64,000 nucleotides of DNA from an uncultured delta proteobacterium. GTDB lineage: Bacteria > Desulfobacterota > Desulfobaccia > Desulfobaccales > 0-14-0-80-60-11. The notes under the pieces are model-generated. The model did not search any database, had not been told where the DNA came from, and saw only the letters and a list, made by a program, of their open reading frames with translations. A program made the position numbers and the translations under genes. The stretch covers positions 579,051-643,050 of the forward strand of contig CAVPIX010000016.1 of assembly GCA_963705115.1 (NCBI GenBank), read 5' to 3'. This document shows positions 48,054 through 56,869 of the stretch, in pieces (position 1 is the stretch's first letter; every line of letters begins with the position of its first letter).

Positions 48054-48590
48054 ATGACCCAGAAGCGCTTGCAGCAAGGTCTCATTCAGGTTTACACCGG
48101 GGAGGGCAAGGGCAAGACCACCTGTGCTTTGGGCCTGGCCCTGAGAGCCGTGGGCCAGGGTTTCAAGGTTTTCATGGTGCAGTTCCTCAAAACCGACGAC
48201 ACCGGCGAAGCCAAGGCGGCCCGTCGCCTGGCCCCGGAATTTACCATGCAGACCTTTGGGGTGCCGGGTTTCCCCAGCCTCACCAATCCCGATCCCAGGA
48301 CCCTGGCGGTGGCCCGGCAGGCCTATGACCTGGCTCGGGAAATCATCCTGGCCGGCGAGTACGATCTGGTCATCCTGGATGAGGTCAATCTCTCACTGAC
48401 CTACGGCTTGGTGCCCCTGGCCGAGATGCTGGAGGTCCTGCGCCGGCGTCCGCCGTATGTGGAAGTGGTCCTCACCGGCCGCAGCGCCCCGGCGGAATTG
48501 GTGGAAATGGCCGATCTGGTCACGGAAATGCGCCCCGTGAAGCACTATTATGAGGCCGGGGTCAAAGCCCGCCGGGGCATTGAGTGGTGA
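48054..48590 (+). CDS. cobO: cob(I)yrinic acid a,c-diamide adenosyltransferase (CobO/BtuR type)
   Basis: 178 aa; GLIQVYTGEGKGKTTCALGLALRA..., VILDEVN.... Confidence 0.9.
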   Translation: MTQKRLQQGLIQVYTGEGKGKTTCALGLALRAVGQGFKVFMVQFLKTDDTGEAKAARRLAPEFTMQTFGVPGFPSLTNPDPRTLAVARQAYDLAREIILAGEYDLVILDEVNLSLTYGLVPLAEMLEVLRRRPPYVEVVLTGRSAPAELVEMADLVTEMRPVKHYYEAGVKARRGIEW

Positions 48591-48821
48591 GAGGAATCTT
48601 TTGAAGGACAATTTCTCATGATCCCTTGGCTCGCAAAATCACTAAGTTTTCGGTAGGGCGGGCCTCCGTGCCCGCCATCATGGTACGTAATACCTGTCTG
48701 CGGTCAGACAGTGGCACAGGCTGAAGCCTGCGGCTACAAAAAAATTGCATATAAAATGCAACTGTTATAAGACGCATCCTACAGATCGAAACTCGAAACT
48801 TTTACAGAGGATCAACTATAA

Positions 48822-49082
48822 ATGGAGAAGGACTTTTTAACCACCCTCACCTTTGCGGTAGCCGGCATGGAGGAACAGGGCGGCTTTCTCTGAGTGGGCT
48901 GTCCCGACGCCGTGTGCGGCGAGATCAAGAATATTCCGGGGGTCACCCGGGTGGAGTTCGACCAGGAAACCCGCCTGTTTCAGGTGGATTTTCATAAACG
49001 CTTTGTGACCCCGGCAGACATTTTCGTGGCGGTCTGGGAGGCGGGGAAGAAAATGGGAAAGGAGTACCTCCCCAGACTGTAA
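48822..49082 (+). CDS. small HMA-fold-like protein read through in-frame TGA (48891-48893) as selenocysteine, giving a U-V-G-C motif
   Basis: ATG 48822 MEKDFLTTLTFAVAGMEEQGGFL-TGA-VGCPDAVCGEIKNIPGVTRVEFDQETRLFQVDFHKRFVTPADIFVAVWEAGKKMGKEYLPRL*. The track ORF starts at the GTG immediately after the TGA. The beta1-like TLTFAVAGM lies upstream of the TGA in the same frame. Confidence 0.55.
48908..48921 (+). promoter_or_regulatory. candidate SECIS hairpin for TGA 48891
   Basis: CGCCG-UGUG-CGGCG, 5 G:C-rich bp; loop contains GU and lies 23-26 nt from the U of UGA. Short, so only suggestive. Confidence 0.35.
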
Positions 49083-49096
49083 GCTGACAGCCTTTT

Positions 49097-50110
49097 TCAG
49101 GCCCACACCCCATCAATGGCCGCCTGGCATTTGGGGCACTTGCCGTCCTGCAAAATGAACCCCTTGATGGCATACCCCAGGCGCTCGATCAGGAGTTCCC
49201 CGCAGCTGTAGCAGTAGGTGTTTTCCCCGCCCTGCCCCGGAATGTTCCCCGTATAGACATAGCGTAGGCCGGCTGCGACACCGATGTCCCGGGCTTTGAG
49301 CAGGGTCTCCGCCGGGGTGCGGGGCCGGTCCAGCATCTGGTAGGTGGGGAAAAAGGCGCTCACATGCCAGGGGATCTCCGGCCCCACCCCCTTGATGAAC
49401 TGGGCGATGTCGGTAAGCTCCTCCGTGGAGTCATTGTGTCCCGGGATCACCAGGGTGGTGACCTCGAGCCACACCCCCAACTTTTTCAGGCGCTGGATGG
49501 TGTCCAGGACCGGCTGCAGGCGGGCCTTGCAGACCTTGCGGTAAAAGTCGTCCCGGAAGCTTTTGAGATCAACGTTGTCCCCGGCCACGACCTCGGCCAT
49601 AGCGGTGGCCGACTCCTCAGTCATGAAGCCGTTGCTGACAAAGACATTGCGGATGCCTTGCTCCTTGGCCAACCGGGCCGTGTCCAGGGCAAACTCCATG
49701 AAAATGGTGGGCTCGGTGTAGGTATAGGAAATGGTGGCGCAGCGGTTGGCCTGGGCTTCCCGGACAATCGCCTCCGGGGAGCGCTCCATGCCGGGGATTT
49801 TTCCCTGGTGCCGTTTGGGGAACTGGGAAATGTCGTAGTTCTGGCAATGGAGGCACATGAAGTTGCAGCCCGCGGTGGCGATGGAGTAAGAGCGGGATCC
49901 CGGCAGGAAATGGAACAGAGGCTTTTTCTCGATGGGGTCGATATTTTCCGCCACCACCATGCCGTACACCAGGGAGTAGAGGGTGCCGTCCTGATTCTCC
50001 CGCACGTGGCAGAGTCCCCGTTTCCCCGGATCGATTTTGCATTCATGGGCGCACAGGTGACACTGGACCTTGCCTTCCTCCACCTTGTCGTAAAACCTGG
50101 CTTCGTGCAT
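49097..50110 (-). CDS. AmmeMemoRadiSam-system-type radical SAM enzyme (PFL-activase-like)
   Basis: 337 aa from ATG 50110 (GGAG RBS); MHEARFYDKVEEGKVQCHLCAHECKIDPGKRGLCHVREN..., radical-SAM cluster motif CNFMCLHCQN. Confidence 0.85.
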   Translation of the reverse strand: MHEARFYDKVEEGKVQCHLCAHECKIDPGKRGLCHVRENQDGTLYSLVYGMVVAENIDPIEKKPLFHFLPGSRSYSIATAGCNFMCLHCQNYDISQFPKRHQGKIPGMERSPEAIVREAQANRCATISYTYTEPTIFMEFALDTARLAKEQGIRNVFVSNGFMTEESATAMAEVVAGDNVDLKSFRDDFYRKVCKARLQPVLDTIQRLKKLGVWLEVTTLVIPGHNDSTEELTDIAQFIKGVGPEIPWHVSAFFPTYQMLDRPRTPAETLLKARDIGVAAGLRYVYTGNIPGQGGENTYCYSCGELLIERLGYAIKGFILQDGKCPKCQAAIDGVWA

Positions 50111-50260
50111 GGTGTTCTCCATCTTTTGGTCTTTAGTTAATAAAGTATGCCTTGCCCGGGTCATTGTAAAGGGTGCAGATCTTTTCCGGGGCGGGCGATT
50201 ATTTCTCCGTGGATGCTTTCCTTGCCGAGAAGATGCGTTTATGATACATCTAAACCGGAT

Positions 50261-50338
50261 GGTGGGCGTAGCTCAGTTGGTTAGAGCACCGGGTTGTGGC
50301 CCCGGAGGCCGCGGGTTCAAGTCCCGTCGCTCACCCCA
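50261..50338 (+). tRNA. tRNA-His (anticodon GTG) with encoded G-1 and CCA
   Basis: Manual cloverleaf: G-1; acceptor GTGGGCG/CGCTCAC; D arm GCTC-AGTTGGTTA-GAGC; anticodon arm CCGGG-TTGTGGC-CCCGG; variable AGGCC; T arm GCGGG-TTCAAGT-CCCGT; discriminator C; CCA. Confidence 0.95.
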
Positions 50339-50349
50339 ATGATTTCAAA

Positions 50350-50383
50350 GGGTTAGGCTTATGGCCTAGCCCTTTTCTTTTTC
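50350..50383 (+). terminator. rho-independent terminator candidate after tRNA-His
   Basis: GGGTTAGGC-TTATG-GCCTAGCCC (9 bp incl. one G:U) followed by TTTTCTTTTTC. Confidence 0.6.
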
Positions 50384-51110
50384 TTCCCCACATTATTCCC
50401 CACAGCATATTGAAAATTCAGGGTAATTCTTGTGGGATTATGCGCTTATGAAAGGTTTTCTCAAAACAGCTTGGGACTCCTGGCCGAGACCCGCCCCCCT
50501 ATACCTTCCCATAGGATTTATGGGCGGGGGTATGTCATAAGTAGGTTGCCACCCGTGCTATTGACTTAAAAACTGGTTGGGAAAATTCCAGAAATACAAA
50601 AAAGGCAGATCCATCTAGTCGCCAAAAGCCATTCTTTCCCGTTACTCCCCACTCTAACAAGCCATTTTTTCACGAAACTTATCAGGCGAAGGGTAAGGTA
50701 AGGGGTCGGAGTTTTTCTCTCGAAAATTGACGTTTAATTTGGGTTGAAACCTTCTTAGGGGGGTGTGCGGGTCAATCCAGGGGTGAGAAGTGAATTGTCA
50801 ATCCCCTCTAAAAATTTTAGAAAAACAAAAAAGGGTTGTCTATCGCAAATCTTCTTCAGCAAATCACTGGCCGCTTCAGTCCAGGTGCTTCCTCTGCCCC
50901 TCTCCCACCTTTCGCCTTGGTGGGCGTCTCATCCATCTGATGCATCTCTATTCCTTTGGGGGCGAACCCTCAAGTTCTTATAAGATGGTATGAGCTATCT
51001 GGTGACAGACGATGGGCTCAGATGTTGTAAGTCTGAAATCCGAAAAAATTAGTTTTTAAAGGAAACTTTTGCTACCATGGTTTACTGAAATCAAGGTAGG
51101 CGGGGTGCTC

Positions 51111-51962
51111 ATGGTTCAGGATGTTTTCCCTCATCTCCGAAATTTATTGGTTTGCACTGATGGCTCTCCTGCCAGCGATGGGGCAGTGAATGCCGGGCTA
51201 CAACTGGGAACCCTCACCGATGTCAAGATATGTTTGCTCGAGGTAATAACTTCTCCCGTGGCCTATGAACCCATCCCGGACCTGATATTGTCAGGGTGGG
51301 AAGAACAAGCGCGACAGCGGATGAGGACATATCAGGAAAAAGCAGCGAAGACCGGAGTGGCCCTGGAGGGTGCAGTGCGCACCAGTATATCCGTCCCTGA
51401 AGGCATCATGGAGGAGGCAGACGCCAGAAAGCCAGATTGGATTATTATGGGCCGCAAGGGGCTAAGCGGCATAAAACGTCTATTCATGGGAAGTGTGACT
51501 CGTCGGGTGATCGGCTCCAGTCATTATCACGTCTTGGTGGTGCCTCGGGAAGCCAACCTGGAGTTCAAAACAATCATGATCGCCCACGACGGCTCTGTCT
51601 TTGGAGAACATGCCTGGCGGCAGACGATTCTGTTGGCTGAAAAGGCCAACTCTGAAGTGATCGCCGTGTCGGTGGCTCGGGATAAATCTCGTCAAATAGA
51701 ATGCCAAATGGTTTTGCAACACCTGGAAGCCTCCGCCGCACGCCATGGTATAACTTTGCGATCCTTATTGCTTGAGGGTCGCCCTTTTGAACAGATCATC
51801 CAAGCCGCCCAGGAGGAAAGGGTCGATTTGATTGTTCTGGGCAGCCACGGTCGGTCGGGCTTAGACCTTCTATTAATGGGAAGCGTTGCGGAGCGGGTGA
51901 CCGGCACAGTCAGGTGTCCGGTTCTGGTAACGAAGTTCCCAATGAAGGAGGTGATGGTCTAA
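51111..51962 (+). CDS. universal stress protein, tandem UspA domains
   Basis: 283 aa from ATG 51111; two USP repeats each ending in the ATP-binding-type motif (IIMGRKGLSGIKRLFMGSVTRRV and LIVLGSHGRSGLDLLLMGSVAERV). Confidence 0.85.
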   Translation: MVQDVFPHLRNLLVCTDGSPASDGAVNAGLQLGTLTDVKICLLEVITSPVAYEPIPDLILSGWEEQARQRMRTYQEKAAKTGVALEGAVRTSISVPEGIMEEADARKPDWIIMGRKGLSGIKRLFMGSVTRRVIGSSHYHVLVVPREANLEFKTIMIAHDGSVFGEHAWRQTILLAEKANSEVIAVSVARDKSRQIECQMVLQHLEASAARHGITLRSLLLEGRPFEQIIQAAQEERVDLIVLGSHGRSGLDLLLMGSVAERVTGTVRCPVLVTKFPMKEVMV

Positions 51963-52139
51963 GCCATGTCTTCTGATAGACACTCCTTCTTTAGCCCCGC
52001 CACGATCGCCTCACTATGGGCTTCTGGTGGGGAAATTTCAAACTTTAGGCTCTCAATCTTTTTATAGAGGTATTTTAGGGGTCAATTTGAGCATGTTTTA
52101 ATGCCAACATACACTCTACTGTAAGTCCAAGCATTTATT

Positions 52140-52547
52140 TCAAACAAAAACACAATTCCTTCCTATAGACCTCTTAGCTTTATCAAGTCTCAAAGGAATT
52201 ATTGCAACCTTATGTGACCCAGGCTCAAATTCCCTATTAATAAACAATGAGATTGCATCATTACACTTATTATTAAATTCTGAGTCGCAGTTATCATCAT
52301 GTTCAGATTCTTCAAAAATAACCTTAGCCATTTCATCCTTTAAATAACTCTTTGCAAAATCCTCGCTTAAATATATCCAGAAATTATTGGGCTCGACTCC
52401 TTCTCCAAAAACAAACTCGACGTGAGGACAATAACGAAAAGATTCATCAACTATATCAATTAATGCTCCACAAACCGGACAGAAAAAGGGTATCCCTATC
52501 TCTATGGTTAACCTTTCTTCAGGGTTGAGCTTTTTATTCATATCCAT
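52140..52547 (-). CDS. AT-rich orphan gene, 135-aa protein with N-terminal zinc-ribbon-like CPVCG...CPH
   Basis: Uninterrupted ORF in a strongly AT-rich stretch (20 G+C in the 60 nt 52141-52200). Acidic middle (EESEHDDNCDSEF). No family recognised. Confidence 0.6.
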   Translation of the reverse strand: MDMNKKLNPEERLTIEIGIPFFCPVCGALIDIVDESFRYCPHVEFVFGEGVEPNNFWIYLSEDFAKSYLKDEMAKVIFEESEHDDNCDSEFNNKCNDAISLFINREFEPGSHKVAIIPLRLDKAKRSIGRNCVFV

Positions 52548-52632
52548 AACTTAAAAATCCATGCCGTGAAATTATTTAGAATAAGTGTACCTCTAATTTT
52601 CCAAGGGCTAATAGACTTGCCAACATCAATTA

Positions 52633-53586
52633 TTAACTTGTTGTTTTCAAAATGTGATCTCTTACCATTTTCGGCACAAATTCATATTGAATTGTGGGAA
52701 TATTTTTAGCTTTTCCAGTTCCTTTAATTCTGCGCAATAGTGGTTTTGGCAGAAAGTCATCAAAAAAATCATCCGTGTCAAAATCATCAGACTTTATGTT
52801 CTTTTTACATAAATATAACTCACACCATTCCATACCATTAGCACTTTTAAAATCTTGAAGACTTATTCTAGCCATTTTTGTAAGCGGATGGATGAACCAA
52901 GGCTCAACCTGAAAGAAACTTAATTCTGACTCTACATAATTAAATCCTTCTGGTGTAATGAAATAATAAAAAGATATTTTGCCATCAACGCCGCTCAATG
53001 CTACTTCGAGACAATATGGCTCCGTTGGAAGAGTAATATCTATAAACCCTGAGGTTATGCTTGCAGTGCCGTCATGAGTAGTATGATTCCCAATGATTAC
53101 TTGTGTAAGCCCTGGAATAACCTTTATATTTTTAAATTTTAGCTGAAATGGATTAAATGGATATAGCATCCCACCACATGCGCACGTTGGATTCTCAAAA
53201 TTAATGTCTCGCTTGTGCCATTTATCATCTTTTTGCAGCGCCTTAAAACCTTCTTTGTCCTTCATATAGAAATGGGAAGGCAACAAGAATCGTCCTGATA
53301 GGCAAGAAAAAAATATTATTGGCAAATTATCGTCAAGTATTGCAGATGAAAAATGATCAATGCTGGCAATTTCAACAAGTGAAAATCCGGCTGGAGAATC
53401 TATACGAAATATTTCAGTCTCTTCTGTATCCTCTGATTTTGCCTTATTCGTAGCTTCTTTTTTAGATGAATAAAGCAATAGCTGCCCTTGGGTATTCCCC
53501 AGAAAACCCATTTTTTTCCCCATGAAGACATTCTTTGGGCAATTTGCTATGAAGTCAGGTTTAACCCGCAAGGCATAAAAACTCAT
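52633..53586 (-). CDS. AT-rich orphan gene, 317-aa protein, no recognisable domain
   Basis: Uninterrupted 317-codon ORF despite AT-rich composition (stop-rich background), which argues for real coding. Starts 35 nt downstream of the methyltransferase stop on the same strand. Confidence 0.6.
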   Translation of the reverse strand: MSFYALRVKPDFIANCPKNVFMGKKMGFLGNTQGQLLLYSSKKEATNKAKSEDTEETEIFRIDSPAGFSLVEIASIDHFSSAILDDNLPIIFFSCLSGRFLLPSHFYMKDKEGFKALQKDDKWHKRDINFENPTCACGGMLYPFNPFQLKFKNIKVIPGLTQVIIGNHTTHDGTASITSGFIDITLPTEPYCLEVALSGVDGKISFYYFITPEGFNYVESELSFFQVEPWFIHPLTKMARISLQDFKSANGMEWCELYLCKKNIKSDDFDTDDFFDDFLPKPLLRRIKGTGKAKNIPTIQYEFVPKMVRDHILKTTS

Positions 53587-54584
53587 TCTTCACCTCAGGT
53601 CTAAATGTGGAACTCCTCGGGTTAATTGTTCCCCTTTCCCTGGAAGGCATCCGGCCAGCCGCCGTGCAGGTTGATGACTTCGTCGATTTCCTTCATGAGG
53701 CGGATGGTTTCGTGGAGGGCGATGACGATGCGGTGGTAGTGGGTGAGGTCGTCTGCCGAGAGGGTTCGGCCCTTACGGTCCTTGAGCCATTTCTGGCAGA
53801 CTTGATAGCCGCCGATGTGGAAGCTCCAGACCTCTTCGGGGACGCCGTGGAAACCGATGGAGCCGGTCACGGCATCGTTGGGGCCGCCAGGGCCGCCCTT
53901 GGCCTTCTTGGATTTGACCGCGTCCAGCCAGACCGTGTCGTCCGACCGCCCCACCTTCTCGACGACAGGACCAACGGGGCCGGTGAAGGTAAGGACCACG
54001 GGCAGTCGGTGACCAGGGGCGATGTCGTAGCGCCACGCCTTGGCGGGTTGGTCGTAGCGGGCGTGGAGAGCCTGTTGCATCGGGGCCTCAACCAGGTGAA
54101 GGGATACGAGTTCGCCGCCTAACTGGGCCAAGGCGTGGAATAGTTCGAGGCTCGACGCAAGCGGTAGGCGGGGGAAATCGATTTTCAGAAACTCTGAATA
54201 TCGGGATCTGTATTTGGGGCTGTGAAGCACCGCATATGCATAATGGAAGATGTCCTCAGGTGTTAAGCCTTGAGGCAAACCATGGGGGACTGCTTGAGGA
54301 ACACTAAGATTATTAGCCAATGATCTCAAGAATTCCGGCCTGAGGTTGGGTTGTCGTTTATATGATAGCGCCAAGGCTTTTCCGTCTGGATAAAGCCAAA
54401 AGGGGAAAGAGATAGTTTACCTCTTTCAAGGACACCGAATGACTCTCTGTCATTATCCTCGTGATTTTGCTAACCTAAAAATGACCCCCCTGGGGAGGTT
54501 TTGGGAACCCAAAAGTGACCCCCCTGACACTGACTTCTGATACCACTGGTGACCATCACCAAAGTGGGATCAGAGGTGGAAGGG

Positions 54585-56078
54585 ATGATCAGGATGGATC
54601 AGTATGGGTATATCCGCACCGCGCACCGGGTTTACCAGAAGAGCATCAAGCAGATTTGCCGGGAGACCGGTCATTCCCGGAAAACGGTGAGAAAGGTCCT
54701 CCGGAGTGAACCATGTGGCTATGCCCCCAGGACTGAGCAACCGTATCCAGTGTTGGGGCCCTACCTCCAGGTCATTGATCAGTGGCTGACAGAGGATAGA
54801 GCCAGGCCCAGGAAGCAACGGCACACCGCCAAGCGTATTTATGACCGCTTGGTGCGGGAACTGGGCTTTCAGGGCCATGACTCCACGGTGCGGCGCTATG
54901 TCCGCCAGGCCAAGAGGCGTTTGGGAGTGCAGGTGACGCCGGCTTTTATCCCCCTGGATCCGGAAGTGGGCCGGGAAGCCGAGGTAGACTGGGGTGCAGC
55001 CACAGCCATCATCGCCGGCGAGAGGATAACGATAAAATTTTTCTGCATGCGGTCCAAGTTTTCCGGGAAGCATTTCGTGCGCTGCTACCCTTGTGAGCGG
55101 CAGCAAGCCTTCCTGGACGGTCATCTCCATGCCTTTGCCTTTTTCAAGGGCATCCACGCCGTTCTGGTCTATGACAACCTGACCTCGGCAGTGAAGAAGG
55201 TCTGCCGCGGCAAAGTGCGTATCGAGCAGGAAGAGTTTGCCAAGTTCCGGGCCTACTATAATTTTACGGCGCGCTTTTGCAACCCTGACGGCGCCCACGA
55301 GAAGGGCGGGGTCGAAGGACTGGTGGGTTACGTGCGGCGGAACTACCTGGTGCCGGTGCCTGAGGCCGAGAGCCTGGAAGCCTTGAATGACAGACTTCTG
55401 GAGGAGTGTCTGGCCTATGGCGAGCACCGGATCAGGGGCCGGGAAGGCACCGTCAACGAGTTGTTTGCCGGGGAGCAGGGCCGTCTGTTACCGCTCCCGG
55501 CCGCACCCTTCAGCCTCACACAGATCACCTCCGGCAAGGTGGACGCCTATGCCACGGTGATCGTGGACAAGAACCGCTATTCCGTGCCCAGTGTCTACGC
55601 GGGGTTAAGAGTCCAGGTGCAGTTATCCGTGACTCACCTGGAGATCTTCCATAACGGCAAGAAGCTGGCCAGGCATCCCCGGGTCTTTGGTAACAACAAG
55701 TGGCAGCTTGACCCGGACCACTACCTGGAGCTGATTCAGCAAAGACCTGGCGCCTTTCACGACGCCCGGCCGCTGCGCCGCTGGCGGGAGACCTGGCCTC
55801 CCTGCCTGGAAAAACTTTTGGCCAGGTTCCAGGAGAATCAGGGAGAAACCGCGGGCATCAAGGATTTTATCTCGGTGCTGATGCTCTATCGGGAGCATCC
55901 GGGTGAGGCGATTGCGGCCGCGGTGGAACTGGCCTTGAAGAACCACCTCAGTTCCAGCCAAGGGGTGAAACATCTCCTGCAGCAGAGCAAGGTGGAACGC
56001 TCGGCGCCTCTTCCGCAATGGCCGGCGACCTTGGTGCCCGACCTCTCCGTTTATGGCCAGTTGGGAGGGGTGTCATGA
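54585..56078 (+). CDS. istA: IS21-family transposase IstA
   Basis: 497 aa; N-terminal HTH (KQICRETGHSRKTVRKVL), DDE integrase-core region; stop overlaps the istB ATG (ATGA). Confidence 0.9.
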   Translation: MIRMDQYGYIRTAHRVYQKSIKQICRETGHSRKTVRKVLRSEPCGYAPRTEQPYPVLGPYLQVIDQWLTEDRARPRKQRHTAKRIYDRLVRELGFQGHDSTVRRYVRQAKRRLGVQVTPAFIPLDPEVGREAEVDWGAATAIIAGERITIKFFCMRSKFSGKHFVRCYPCERQQAFLDGHLHAFAFFKGIHAVLVYDNLTSAVKKVCRGKVRIEQEEFAKFRAYYNFTARFCNPDGAHEKGGVEGLVGYVRRNYLVPVPEAESLEALNDRLLEECLAYGEHRIRGREGTVNELFAGEQGRLLPLPAAPFSLTQITSGKVDAYATVIVDKNRYSVPSVYAGLRVQVQLSVTHLEIFHNGKKLARHPRVFGNNKWQLDPDHYLELIQQRPGAFHDARPLRRWRETWPPCLEKLLARFQENQGETAGIKDFISVLMLYREHPGEAIAAAVELALKNHLSSSQGVKHLLQQSKVERSAPLPQWPATLVPDLSVYGQLGGVS

Positions 56079-56869
56079 AAGCCACCACGGAGATGGTGCT
56101 CACCGACAACCTGCAGACGCTCAAGCTCTCCCATATGCTGCGCCACCTGGAACCGCAACTCCGCCAGGCCCGGGAACAGAGCCTGGACTACGGCGACTTC
56201 CTGCTCTCCTTAACAGAGCTCGAACTGGAGGGGCGGGCCGAGAACCGCCTGAGACGGCGGCTAAGGGAGGCCAAGTTCCCGCTGCTGAAGACGCTGGAGA
56301 TGTTTGACTATCATGCCGCCCCGGGTCTGGACCGACGTCTGCTGCACCAACTGGCTTCGGGGGAATATATCAGCCAGCCGCGCAACGTCATCTTTTTGGG
56401 CAAAAGCGGCACGGGCAAAACCCACCTGGCTACAGGCCTGGGTGTGGAGGCCTGCCGCCAGGGTATTACCACCCGCTTTGTCACCGGCTGCGGTCTGGCC
56501 AACGAACTCCTGGAGGCACGCCAGGGGCTCGCCCTGAGCCGCATCATTAAACGATATGCGCGCTATGGTCTGCTCATCCTCGATGAACTGGGATATGTCC
56601 CCTTCTCCAAAGAAGGCGCCGAATTGCTCTTCCAGGTGTTGGCGGAACGGCATGAACGGGGGTCGGTGATCATTACGTCCAACCTGGGCTTTGCCGACTG
56701 GACCCAGGTTTTTGGCGAGCCCACCCTCACTGCGGCGTTGTTGGATCGCCTGACCCATAAAGCCCATATTATCACCTGTGACTGGGAAAGCTTCCGGCTC
56801 CAAGAGAGTTTGAAAGTGAAAGGTGGAGCAGCCAAAGAGAAATCGAGGCAGGCCAGCCTTGGCCGGTAG
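56075..56869 (+). CDS. istB: IS21-family ATP-binding helper protein IstB
   Basis: 264 aa; Walker A FLGKSGTGKTHLATGLG, Walker B LLILDELGY. Confidence 0.9.
   Translation: MKATTEMVLTDNLQTLKLSHMLRHLEPQLRQAREQSLDYGDFLLSLTELELEGRAENRLRRRLREAKFPLLKTLEMFDYHAAPGLDRRLLHQLASGEYISQPRNVIFLGKSGTGKTHLATGLGVEACRQGITTRFVTGCGLANELLEARQGLALSRIIKRYARYGLLILDELGYVPFSKEGAELLFQVLAERHERGSVIITSNLGFADWTQVFGEPTLTAALLDRLTHKAHIITCDWESFRLQESLKVKGGAAKEKSRQASLGR

Noticed and set aside
48894-49082. 62-aa GTG-initiated ORF as the complete gene
   Set aside because: Starting at 48894 removes the first beta-strand and places the initiation codon directly after an in-frame TGA that follows 23 open, protein-like codons with their own ATG. 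The read-through (Sec) model explains more, although it remains unproven.
50765-50993. Two overlapping ~70-aa plus-strand ORFs in the 770-bp non-coding stretch after tRNA-His; also 63134..63316
   Set aside because: No RBS, no recognisable motif, and odd composition. I also looked here for an integrase/excisionase remnant or a repeat of the tRNA 3' end and found none.
51959-52081. Minus-strand 40-codon open frame (PLKYLYKKIESLKFEISPPEAHSEAIVAGLKKECLSEDMA*) between the USP gene and the AT-rich orphans
   Set aside because: The composition is protein-like, but there is no usable start codon (a stop lies immediately upstream at 52082-52084) and it is too short to assign. It is possibly a gene remnant; not callable.
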